In this document: in pieces, positions 39,571 through 51,363 of the stretch
How positions within the stretch are numbered: the first letter of the stretch is position 1
How the letters are laid out: every line of letters begins with the position of its first letter
Assembly (NCBI GenBank): GCA_040954595.2
Contig: CM082594.2
Location: 11,536,276-11,600,275 of the forward strand
Direction: 5' to 3'
From: Balanoglossus misakiensis
Lineage: Eukaryota > Animalia > Hemichordata
Length of the DNA: 64,000 bases
The notes under the pieces: model-generated
What the model was told of the DNA's origin: nothing
Seen by the model: the letters and a program-made list of their open reading frames with translations, nothing else
The model's database searches: none
Program-made: the position numbers and the translations under genes

Positions 39571-42500
39571 CACATGACTCCGCGATCTCTTGGTGTTTAA
39601 ACCCTGAAAAAAAAATACAAACAGAAACATAAATATGCAGTAGATGCATAAGTGGCATTTGCATGGTCGGTTTAGTGTCCTGAGCTAGTTCGCTGAGTTG
39701 GGAGTACGAACTATCTGGTGTGATTTCTTTTTAGCCAGCTTATCTCTTGATAGTCTTAACATCTGATCTAACATTTTAATTAGTTCACGAGTTTTGGCCA
39801 CATTGCTAATCATATCACCCAGTGCTAGAGACATATTCTGAAAACTGTGCAATTCGCATTTCTAAGTTTGTTGCTACGCAGATAGGAGTCAGACTGATAT
39901 CATACTGATTAAAGTTTCAGAATTAGACAATTGTTACCTAACCCGTTAGGGAGTGACAGATACTGAGTGTGGTTAGACCTCTTTGGCCTCCATTTTTGTT
40001 ATATTTGACAGTGGTGATAAACTGCAGATCTTACTCTGAAAGTTATAAATCACAATCGAAAGTAGTAGGGTGGGTTTGTTGAATCTGGTCTGAATGAGGA
40101 AGTTACGTGGTACATGTATAACGATTCTCAGTCCAATGTGTTCTCCTAAAAACGGCTACACAACATGCACAATGGGACAAAACTCATTTCGGTGTGTATA
40201 AAGGTTAAAATGACACTCCCACTTTGTAAGATACTTTTTAGGTTGCTATGGCCGACAATTGCCCTTAGAAACAAGTCCGCATATAGAAGTCAAAAACCAA
40301 CACATACATAAAGAGGGTGGCTGTAACCTGTCTGATGTAAACCCTGGCTTTTAAGTGAAATGCCAAGCGTGTCATCACGTTCTGCGGAGATCAATAAAAA
40401 TCGGAAGCTGACACACAAACAACAGAAATGCTCGATGGAAAACAATAAACCGTTGTGGCGTATTGTTAGACCTGTTAAAAAGCCGGGTGTGTTGATCAGC
40501 ACTCCAGCATTTCTGTTAAACTCGAATAAACATACAAAATGTGATGCATTCAACTGACTTCTTTTGTTTCCGATAAAATGTGTTCAGTCTTGTACAAATG
40601 GAAATATTCAGACTTTTCTGTTGAAGGCCAAGCAGGATATAACTCACCAGTTTAAACGTCTGATACATGCACAAAGTAAAATACAGGTACAATTGTGGTC
40701 CGTCTCCGAGACCCGCTACTCACCGTAACGGCTTAATTTTGACTATCACCGTTATGTATTAGCTGGAAATATCACATTCTCAAAGCATCATTGTTCCTTT
40801 TTTTCAATATAATAATAGAAAGTCACCCGCTGGCCTTTATTCAAAACACATGAAAAATTTATCGTCACGAGTAAGACTTCGGAAGATTCCTTGAGGCGCA
40901 TTTTTGCCTAGCCATGCATATTTTATGAGAGCGTCGTGTAACCATTGGAAACCAAGCTATATCCGGCTGGATAAGACTTCTTCAGTGGAGAAATGAAATA
41001 ACATTTTAACAGTTTTAGAGGCATTAACTTTTGAAGGCGTTAATTAGAAAACGTTTCGTTAAATTTGATCTCCCAATCCCTCCCGTATGTCCACTTTTTG
41101 TGTTCTAACATTTCAGAGGTAATTATGATCTCGTCCAGACTACTTCATACAATCATTCTTTGTGACCTGCAAGTATAGATGTTGATTTATGAAAATATGA
41201 CCGCCACATTTTCATGTTGCGCCTGGATTTTGTTTGATATCGTTCGGGTCTTGATGAACAGAACGTGTGATTTATTGAATTGGGCCAATATTTGCTCTTT
41301 GCCTCTACAGAATAAACGCGCAAAAATGGGTCACGTATCAACAATCTTCATGATACAATTTCATGAGCATCTGTTGTCGGACCCGTAGGTGTTATAGAAT
41401 CTCAATAGATACACGTATATTACACGACACGTATATTAGCAGCTAATGTTTGCAATAGGGCGAATACTTGTGGTCATTGACCAAAGCATCTAACAGATGG
41501 CCTGCAGGTGGTGGCGACTTGTAAATCTTGCAGGCGTAGGAATCTAAGCAAACCGGACATGTAGCATACCTATTCGGAATCGTGTATCATAAACTATTTT
41601 CTATCACAGGTCACTGTGGATCATAAATGAGATTGCCATCAACAGAAGACATTTCACAAGCGAAGCGATTGCAAATTCGGACACTTTCAAAAAGACAAGA
41701 AGCTGTAAAAGAAAGAGAGCTGTTTCCAAAATAAACTTACCTTCTGTATATCAGCCTAATCTGTACATGTGTAATCTGCGATGGTTGCGATTTGACGCTT
41801 GTCTTGCTTCCGTGTTTGTGGTATCGTCGACGACAACGACACTCTCAGTAAATTTCAGCGAATCTTGCTCGGCCCAGGATTCGGGCAACGTCAACGTGAC
41901 TTCTCCTTCAATGAGACCACATTCAACTTTCTACAGACAATCAACTGAACGACCCCAAAACAGACAGTGCAAAAGCCAAGCTCTACACACTGAGAACTCC
42001 GTTCAGTTTGTATGGCACAAGGTACATCGCCGTTTCACCTTTGCAAATCATTAACAAAACCACTGGTGAACTCCTTTTAGGCGTGTACGTGCCTGACTAT
42101 TGGCAACTAACTGGCCGGAGTTGACGTCATTGAAGACCATAAATTTACTGGTACTTGCTGTCATTCGTTCGCTAATGTACTGAACCGTGCACCCAGGAAC
42201 ATTTGCATGGCTCGGTGGAATCTGCTTTATACTGAAGTCAGCACATATTTATTTTGATGTGATAAAATTATCATATGTTTTATATCTCAATACTTTTACA
42301 CGCTTTGCTGGCGCTTTGCAATAATTATAACGCTCGCTCATGCGTTTGAACAAAACGAGAAAATGTGTGAGATGTAATGAGGAATGAAGGGTAATGCTGA
42401 AGGACACAATATCGTCGCCAGGCCTACTCATTCCCTAATCAGTGGCTGCAACACTAGACGTGTGATCTCCTTCAAATGCAACACCAACCCTTCACACCTT

Positions 42501-43335
42501 CAACTGTTCCCAACTGTGTTCCGGAACCTGAACATTCGTGTTGAAGATACACAAAATCTCTCTCCGAGCATTTCCATATTTTGCAAACATTACGTACAAA
42601 TAATAAATATGCTTATTTGATGTCAATGTCTACTAGTATACCCCTATGGCATTCCATATTTGTACACATCTACACACAAACTAAAACCTAAAAGAACCAA
42701 ACCAACAATTTCAATTGAAGCCGTTATATATGTTGTGTTGACACTGTCACATGTGGGAGTAGCGCCACCACGTGATCTACTAGAGCATTGTGCGGCTGTC
42801 AGTCCGAAGCTTATCGTACACAAAACTGGACATGTACCAGAGTGTGAACTCGGGGCAACAATGAAGTGGTCATCTTCGTGTGTCAAGATTCTGCGGCAGA
42901 GTGAACCACCACAAAATATGTCCGCCCATAAGGGAAACGTTGACCATTCATTTGGCAACAATTGGGAAGTTGATCTAGTCAATCATAGATTTCCAGTGTG
43001 TGACTACGCGAAAAAAAGAGCGCCCCTACATGGTTATTCGAATTACTTAGACACACCCTTTTGGTCATGTTTGGACACATGTAAATAAAGGGTGACAGTA
43101 TTCCTTTGACACCTGTTGGTCAGTCTAAAAAATAAACGGACTGCTAATTTAATATTTTATCATCTAATCTGCGATAGTACCTGTCATGTTTACTTGAAGT
43201 TGAGATATTATCATTGTCAAGGCCAAGGCAAACTCATGTGCTTTAGCGGACCAAACAAATGATAATGCCACATAAGCTAATTTATGTGTTTCTCGTCCCT
43301 GTGTTTATTTTTAAAACACGATCATTTCAAATGTT

Positions 43336-43439
43336 ATCACCGCCAACACCACCATCAACGACAAGACGACGACAGCACCACCACCACAACCACCACCACC
43401 AACAGTAACAACAACAACAACAGCAACAACAACAACGCC

Positions 43440-43472
<33 letters not shown>

Positions 43473-43499
43473 ATCATAATAATCCTAATAATAAATAAC
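43336..43499. repeat. Compound trinucleotide microsatellite (CAC/GAC/AAC/CAT/AAT)n
   Basis: Directly visible, ~140 bp downstream of the stop codon of paralogue 8. Confidence 0.85.
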
Positions 43500-43640
43500 T
43501 AGTGAAAGTTCGAATAATTGCACTGTGTTCAGTTTAAATGATAAAAGCTTCATAAACGACTTCAAAGCATGTCTCATCTACAATTCCTGTGGCCGCCTGT
43601 AAAACTGACTCGCGAGTCCTATACTATTGATCTTCAACCA

Positions 43641-44696
43641 TCATGCTTCCCTACACGTCCTGTAGGCGTCTTCTCTTTTGTATTGGCCCCAAAGATGACG
43701 CATTTTCCTCGGCGTTATTCCGTGTATTGTGAAAATGCTGTGTAAAGGACATCGCAGTTTTCGCTGGTACAAAACGCCAAACGTGTCAAATTTATCGTTA
43801 GGATGTGGAATTATGCCGATTTTCTGCATTGCGATGCCGACGAAAACATCTTCCCAGCTGAGGTAGCGAATCAGCAGAGACACGTCATAAACGCTTATGG
43901 CAACGTCAGCCGACATGATATAGCCAGTTCCGCAGAGATACGGAGGGTATGTCGGTTCTGAGTAAATGTCGAGAGGAGTGTACCACTTCTTGTTCGCTCG
44001 CCGTACTGGTTTGGCGCCATCAAAGCGATAGCCAATAGAATATCGCTCTCGAGGTTGTCTTGCCAGATATTTCACTAACCCTCGGTAGTTGACGAACATA
44101 TCGCTGTCTGTTTTCATGACATATTCTGCATTTGTGCAGTGCGACTTAACCCACTTCAGTCCCATTATTGTTTTCAAAGTCATATTCAAATAATTGTCCA
44201 CAAAATCTTCTTGGACAATATCTCGATGGACGCCATTTTCGGCCACGACCGCGTTTTGAAGATGGTGGTTGTCATCTATACCGAGCAAAAACAACGTCAC
44301 TATTTTCTTGCCATCCACTTCTTTCACACTAGCCCAGGTGTCGCGAATTGTTTCCCGTGCTTTCTGCGACCTGGTGTGAGCTGTCACCAGAACGAGCAGA
44401 AACACTGACTTTTTCGTGCACGCATCTTGAACATTTTGGATGTAACCGTAGTTATGTGGATTTATCAGGTGGCCGGTGAGATAGTTTGTTACGTTGCCCT
44501 CCTCAGCGGTGGGTTCTTCGTTAAGAGTGATGTTTGCGCCACCAGCTGTTGGTTCGTCGTCTTTAAAACTTCGAGGAATATCAGCCACGGAAGTAGCTTT
44601 CTTAGAAGACAAGGCAGAGTTGTTCTTGTTGTGGAGTAAAAACCAGAGAAGAACATTGGCCAGGGATAAACACGCCAAACAGGTATATCCACGCAT
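43641..44696 (-). CDS. GT31 beta-1,3-galactosyltransferase-like protein, paralogue 8 (351 aa)
   Basis: TM anchor; RETIRDTW, DNYLNMTLKT, KTDSDMF, KKWY, YPPYLCGTGY, WEDVFVG; acceptor ctttccactctag (exon starts 44729). Confidence 0.93.
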   Translation of the reverse strand: MRGYTCLACLSLANVLLWFLLHNKNNSALSSKKATSVADIPRSFKDDEPTAGGANITLNEEPTAEEGNVTNYLTGHLINPHNYGYIQNVQDACTKKSVFLLVLVTAHTRSQKARETIRDTWASVKEVDGKKIVTLFLLGIDDNHHLQNAVVAENGVHRDIVQEDFVDNYLNMTLKTIMGLKWVKSHCTNAEYVMKTDSDMFVNYRGLVKYLARQPRERYSIGYRFDGAKPVRRANKKWYTPLDIYSEPTYPPYLCGTGYIMSADVAISVYDVSLLIRYLSWEDVFVGIAMQKIGIIPHPNDKFDTFGVLYQRKLRCPLHSIFTIHGITPRKMRHLWGQYKREDAYRTCREA

Positions 44697-46037
44697 TTCG
44701 AACGCTGTATGTCTCAGTAATAATTATCACTAGAGTGGAAAGATAAAAACCGACATCAATTAGTAGTGTAGCAATCCATTATAAATTCACTCTCTCATTC
44801 GCCACAATTAACTTATGTGATATACTGTCTTGTCGAGATCTCATGCTTTCCGTTGCAACACATTCTCAGGATGAGCCAGGTACATGTGTATGTAACTTTG
44901 AACGGACAATTTTGAGTCTCAGAACGTATACGGAAACGACAGTCCACGACATGCATGACGTAGACCCTTTTATCTCAGGAAGCCGAATTGTCTATCTACT
45001 CTACAAAATGTGTTAAAATACAAAGTGAAATTGATATCAAGTAGCGAGTGTTACGCACTACCGATACAGCGATTTTCTGAAACGGATTCGTGATGAGTGG
45101 CTCATTAGCAGGGGAGAAAATTATGCATTTTGATTTTTTGAAGTGTGCACTATGATTGCTAATGATATGATTGTACAATCAAGTCTCTGTATGGATCTAG
45201 AAACACCCGCCCCTTTGCAGAGGTCATCCGCCACTATTTTTGACATTCAAGCCTTTCGCGCTGCACACACGCGGAAGCCAATATCACCGTGGTAACGCAG
45301 CATAGAGCAGTTTTCCCTTTCAACGTGGCAAAACAAATTATTTTCACTCATCACCGATGGTCCTAGAAATTAGTCCCACCTTAATTAGATTTCAGCTCGT
45401 GTGAGTTCACTATTAGTAGCCGTTTCAAATTTCACAATCATGCTCCATTTATCTACAGATTTGACGTCATGATAATAATTATTCCATATATTTCAGTATA
45501 CACATAATAACACATTGTTATATCCGGATTTAGCCAGTTTTGATGGTCAATGATGACGTATGTATTTTAAGTGGCTTCTTTTAGCCGACATCCTTGCTTT
45601 GGTCAGTTCTGTGCAATATGAGGGGTGATAGTAACTCACTTTTGTTTGTGATTTGTACAACAAGAATCTCTCATCATTGATAACAAAACTAAAGCCATTT
45701 CATAAATGCCATCTTGCTTTGAGTATTTGGCAATCGCTGGGTCGTCCAAGTTCTTCGTATCATGTTATATATATACATACAACATACTGCGCGTGTATCC
45801 TTTTTGATATACCTCCCACTAATTGGAAAACTATCACCCAATTTTCATGGTGTCGGTTGGGTTGGGTATTGGGTGTGGAGAAAAGGAAATCAAACCATAC
45901 CACCTTCACACATTTGTAATAAACAGAGTAAAGAAACATTTGGCATGTTTTGAAACAACTCCGGAGAGAACTTAGAACAGTTTTTGGGCGACATTCCAGT
46001 CCCCGGGGCGGTTCAAAGGTCCCATAGAGAACAGAAC

Positions 46038-46059
46038 GCAAAATCGATTTCGATTTTGC
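46038..46059. repeat. Perfect 10-bp-arm hairpin
   Basis: gcaaaatcga-tt-tcgattttgc. Confidence 0.6.
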
Positions 46060-47689
46060 TAAACTGTTATCGTTTCCGTAATTAATTTCCGTTTATGTCT
46101 ACAGATAATCTATATGTAAAGTTAAGGTAGTAGGAGAAACGAAAGGCGGTATAATCTCTACAACGCTGTTTCGTGAGTCATTAGACTCACTCATCAGGAG
46201 ACTAAACTGGCTAATCTATATGTATGGAGAGAGGTGTGTTATTGTCGTGGCTTGTGGTTTTCTTGGTCTAGAAATCGTGACTACGTTGATATTCAACTGC
46301 AGTGCCGGTAAAAACACAATATAACGTACAATCTTAAATTAATCTGCTTTACAATCAACGAATGGATAGACTTACCTCTCAGAGAGACATCGACGTCGAC
46401 ATTCTCGGTGTTTAAATTTACTCAACGTCGACAGCCCCGTGGGAATGACTGGCACGACCGCTGACTCAACGAACGGCGGCCAGTGTCACTGCACTTCGTC
46501 TTGACCGATCGAAATCCACTCTGCATAGACACTGCATGTGCATATAGAAGAAAAGCATATGCAAATGAAAGTGTTTTGTCAGAAACTGAATACCTTTCTC
46601 AATATTAATCACAACCTCAATCGATTCCTTCCAATTCAAAGCTGAGATGCAATTGAAAAGGTACTCCAAGTGACTATGGCTAGCTGGGAAAGACATCATC
46701 ATCACCGGTATCGTCCCGTCGGGCTCTCACTAAGAATTAACCAAAAATGATAGATGCGGATTTCGTAGTCCTATAAAAATCACATAGTTTAAAAAGCATA
46801 TGTCTTACGTACCTTAGTGAGAAACGAAGTGCGAGTCGCCGAGGCGTCTTCTGATGGGCAGTGGAGACGACAAAAATGATTCCAGAGCGTTGAGGGCGGT
46901 GTTTTACAAGAAAAGCTACGTATATTTGTCAGAAACACGCGAAAAAAAGTGTTCAGATAACTTGTATTGTACTGTTCGCTGGTAAGAATAACAGAATCAA
47001 CGCAGCCCGTCACAGTTTTAGGCCTACCTAGCCTATATATGGATCTCGACCACTCATCATGATGTTGCTCGCTGTGAGAAGCCTTTGCAGTCTCTCCACG
47101 ACATCCGCCAACTCATTTAGGCTGCGTCCACAAATTGCGGGTCGTGGGTCCGGGACTTTGGTTTTTCTTGGGGTGTGAGGGGTTGGGTCTGAAGATGTAT
47201 CGGTTCTTTTCACACAAGGACATAACGTGTACTGCTCGTGAAACATTTTTGCCTACAGCTTTGCTTACAGAATGAAATTGTTATCTTCAGGATCACATAC
47301 ACGACTACTAGCATTATTATAATACTGTAATGTTTAAATCACAATTCCTCTGAACCCCTAGTTCGTATTCCTGAACGCACCCTCGATGCAAGGTTACCCG
47401 GGAAACGACTGTCAGCCTATATTAACAGTCTCTGTTGCCAAGGCAACGGAACGAACGCCCTATAGGCCTAGTAAGAATCACCATATTCTACTACTCCGGG
47501 TTGTCATAGGAACCTTTAAGTGATCATATTACAGCTGCTTTGCAGTCATATTTATACATGCCCCGATAAAGCTAGCACAAATCCTCAGCATTTTCTCACT
47601 TCTGAACAACGTACACAAATAATCTATAGGGTTTTGGTCACTCTCTGCTAGCCCTAATTGCGTATTAATAAGACGCTGGTGAAGCCATA

Positions 47690-47770
47690 GTCGAGTCGTG
47701 TGTAAACTCGGTAGTCCAGGAAAAAAACACAGACACCGTCTTTACTACGCAGTTTACACGCGACGTCGAC
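47690..47770. repeat. CpG-rich inverted repeat (26/27-bp arms, 28-nt loop)
   Basis: gtcgagtcgtgtgtaaactcggtagt pairs with actacgcagtttacacgcgacgtcgac. Confidence 0.7.
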
Positions 47771-48628
47771 GCGTCGCGACTGTGTGGGTGAAGCTTGAGT
47801 TCTCGCTTGACAGTTAGCCTTCAACGTACAATGGAGTTCTTTACTGCAAAAAGATCAAATTTAGTTCCAGTACATGTACTTTTATATTATCACGGAGCCC
47901 TCAATGGTCAGTGAAAGGTGCAAGTAGTCATATCACGTGGTACAGTCATAATAACCTAACCTAACCTGCCGTACATGAATCGACAAAGGCATGTCTACCA
48001 AACGTGTTTGGACCATGGTTAGAGAGACTGTACCGACTTACGCTTTCACTCAACACACTATATCGTAACCCCGATTGTAACTCTGGACAAATTTGCCTGA
48101 AATTCGCATAAATCAATCATCGACTTGGGGCAATTAGTCTCACTCTTTTCAAGTTGTCTATAAAGCCAGCTGGCCAGTTGGACTATACAGGTACAGGTAA
48201 GCTGACGCTCCCACCATAAGCACCGCTTTTGTCGTAGGCAATTTTGAATATTTTTGAAAGCAAAACTCTATTATCGCCGTTTATCGACATTTCCTCATTT
48301 GACGCGTACGTACAGTACATACAAAGGTTGTTATTAACGCCATCTTGGAAATCGCAGTGGCTTGTGGGTCAAACTCAAGTACATGTCACTTGCAGTGCAC
48401 ATACGTCAGTTCAGGTGCATACTATAATCGTCAAAAAGGATAACAATCACTTTCTTTTTCACAGGGGCCACAGCAGGAAGAAAAGCCATGGTATTACACT
48501 TACATATGAACCAATAACAGTACCATATTAATTCCATACAACCATCAGCTTCACACAAGACGGAAATTTGTATTCATCTGTCAGTTACTTGATTAGATGG
48601 ACCTTCATGAAAATTCTCAGGAGAAACA

Positions 48629-49690
48629 ATGGCACTCTCGATAAAACAGCGAAAGCTTGTGCGGAGATTAATTCTGCTGTTTTGCTTGGTCAATATAGTC
48701 TGGGTCATACACACTACCATTCTGAAGTCCACACGAATGGAAAAGGTTGGAAAACGTCTCTCTAATGCATGGACAGATATGAAGAATTTCATGCGGCCAC
48801 CAGATCCGAAGTTGTATAACGTTTCGTGGCAGTTATCATGGAAGTTTGACTTTGTTATCAATCAGCCAAACGTATGTCAGAATTTGACGAATGCCACAAG
48901 CAGGGAACTTCTGCTTGTGACTATTGTACCTTCGGCCGTTACGAAAGAGTCGGCACGTAATGCAATCCGAGAAACCTGGGGAAGCATCAAAGAAGTGAAT
49001 GGCCACAAGATCCTGACACTGTTTTTGGTGTCAGCTAACAGAACTGATAAAGAGCATTTAAACAGACTGGAGGAAGAGAACAATAAGTTTGGCGATTTGA
49101 TTGTCAGCAATTTCACAGACGAGTACAAGAACCTCACTTTGAAAACAGTAATGGCCTTTAAGTGGGTGACTAAATTTTGCCAAAATGCAAAGTACTTGTT
49201 GAAAACCGATGATGACACCTTCGTACATTACAGACATTTGACAGATTTTCTGGAATTAATGCCAGAGTCAGGTGTAGCCGTTGGCCATTTGATGCGTGAG
49301 CAGAGACCGGTATGGAGAGCAAGAAGCAAGTGGTATATGCCGTGGGAACTTTTCCCACACAATGTCTATCCACCGTTTCTTTCTGGAACAGGCTACGTCA
49401 TGTCACATGACGTTGTGCAGAAAATATACAATGTCTCTTCTGCCACTCCCTTTCTGCACTTGGAAGATGTCTATGTGGGAGTTTGTTTGGAGAAGATTAA
49501 AATCAATGCAAAAGACAACGAGAATTTTCACAGATATAAACGTGACATTTTAAAGAATCCATGTCTTCTTAGGGACACTATCACAGCTCACAGAGTCAAA
49601 GGCAATGACCTGAAGAAAATCTGGAAGATGTCAACAAGTTTTAACTTTGATAAATGTCCAGCCAAAGTTGTAAAAAGAAAGAGTGTGTAG
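48629..49690 (+). CDS. GT31 beta-1,3-galactosyltransferase-like protein, paralogue 9 (353 aa)
   Basis: TM anchor; RNAIRETWG, DEYKNLTLKT, KTDDDTF, SKWYMP, YPPFLSGTGY, LHLEDVYVG; acceptor tttctttttcacag ending 48464, candidate donor GTAAGC at 48197. Confidence 0.94.
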   Translation: MALSIKQRKLVRRLILLFCLVNIVWVIHTTILKSTRMEKVGKRLSNAWTDMKNFMRPPDPKLYNVSWQLSWKFDFVINQPNVCQNLTNATSRELLLVTIVPSAVTKESARNAIRETWGSIKEVNGHKILTLFLVSANRTDKEHLNRLEEENNKFGDLIVSNFTDEYKNLTLKTVMAFKWVTKFCQNAKYLLKTDDDTFVHYRHLTDFLELMPESGVAVGHLMREQRPVWRARSKWYMPWELFPHNVYPPFLSGTGYVMSHDVVQKIYNVSSATPFLHLEDVYVGVCLEKIKINAKDNENFHRYKRDILKNPCLLRDTITAHRVKGNDLKKIWKMSTSFNFDKCPAKVVKRKSV

Positions 49691-49692
49691 GC

Positions 49693-49784
49693 TTAACCCT
49701 TTCACCCCAGTTCCCTCGTTAGAGGTCTAACCTTACAATAGAAAACAATGGGTTTGGACTGAACAATAGTGGTGAAAGAGTTAT
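49693..49784. mobile_element. Short MITE-like element with TTAA-CCC termini (piggyBac-type ends)
   Basis: Left TTAACCCTTTCACC, right GGTGAAAGAGTTAT (12/14 match to the reverse complement); 92 bp, non-coding, 2 bp after the stop of paralogue 9. Confidence 0.6.
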
Positions 49785-50389
49785 TGATATGAGTTTGGAG
49801 CCTCAACATTGCCTTAGCATACTTTCATCTCCATGGGAACATTTACAGTTATGGTAATAATCTAAGACCTTTAACCCAAACCAAATTTATCCAGAGACAT
49901 GTTTTCTCAGGGTACATATCCTTATCAGTGTTATACATTTGCCCTTTTATTGTTTTGATGCTCTTTAGCATTTGTAAATGCCTGGACTGGGATATTTTCC
50001 CCCGCTATCTAGTGAATAAAACAACAGAAAACAGGATTTGTTTAGTTTTGCTTCTTTCTGTCCTATTGCATTTACTTGGAATCCTGTCCAATGAATCATT
50101 GTGAAATTTCATTGCCTATAACTTAATATAGGATGAAAATGATATAAAGTGTATGAATAATCTTCTTGAGATGACATTTAATTTCCATTAGTGTAGAAGA
50201 AACAAAAGGTGAAACAGTCCTGTTGTTCACGGCATTAGATTCAGTCACAGTCCCTCAAGAAAAACAGTAATGCAATCTGTTTTGTTGTCCCCGTTTGTTT
50301 GGTTTTTGGTGTAATTTCAAAGCAAACTCCTTTGACCTGGTTACTATTTACATGTACAAACATTTCAGCTATTTGTGGAACCAAATGAT

Positions 50390-50520
50390 GACGTAGGTAA
50401 TCCCGAGCAGCAACGTTGGGGGCGCTGTGAGCACCGGTTTCACAGTTTTTGCATATCAAGATGGCCGACACGGTGCAGTGGTAATCGCAATCAACGGGTC
50501 GGTGAAGTAATTCATGCCAG
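50390..50520 (+). promoter_or_regulatory. Candidate promoter / first exon of the B3GALT1-like gene
   Basis: CpG-rich patch with CAAGATGGCCG (YY1-type motif) ~0.75 kb upstream of the acceptor at 51224. Confidence 0.35.
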
Positions 50521-51363
50521 CATTGTTGTTTTTACAGGTTGGTGATTTATTACAATCACGCTGTTAAGGTTATTTCAGTTGTTGTAATGTTCCACGATCG
50601 AGATGAGGACCGATACTCGGTCGCATTATGTTCTATTTCTCCGTAATCTTGTACGTAAGGTCATGCGTGTACATTGCTGGAAATGTACATTGTAGTGGAA
50701 GGGCGATGCTGATCGTGTTTGCAAGTACCTTCAGCGTTCGGCAGAAATCGATCAGGTGTAATTAATTAACAGATCAGCTCTATGGAACTTTATGTCAGAG
50801 TGCCTATGTCTGTCAGGATTTCGATGTCTTTGCCAACAGACCTCTCCCGTGATAATAATGTTTTTGCGGAGATCATATTACATTGTCATTCGACTCATTG
50901 TATTATCATTGTGCTTAGCCATCCGGCCTTGTAGAAACATGTTGTATTATAGGTTAGGTCATCACCAAATCGATAATACATACAATATTCATACTATGTT
51001 GAGCAGTTAAGGCGAATTAGTTACCACTTGGCATGGTTTGTCGAGATACTAGTATTTTAAACAGGTACATAACTATCGTGCAAATACATGTACAATGGTG
51101 AGGATTTTGAAGGATAGGGAAAAGATTTGAAGTGTTTTATCGTGGAAAAAATGTGAGATATGGCAACTCCCAACCATGTATACATTTTCCATTCACTCTT
51201 CTCTTTTTTCTTTTCAAATTTTAGGTAGCCATGATATTTACAATGGAAGCCCATGATCGTGGATGACAAATACTGTGTGTTGCTCATCTAAGAAGTACAC
51301 CCACAAGATAATTGCTGTTTTCAGTTGAATCTCGTGTGATACAAATCTTCAGAAAGCTTTGAC

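Noticed and set aside
43284-43502. ORF with poly-Thr/Asn/His runs
   Set aside because: Translation of a compound microsatellite.
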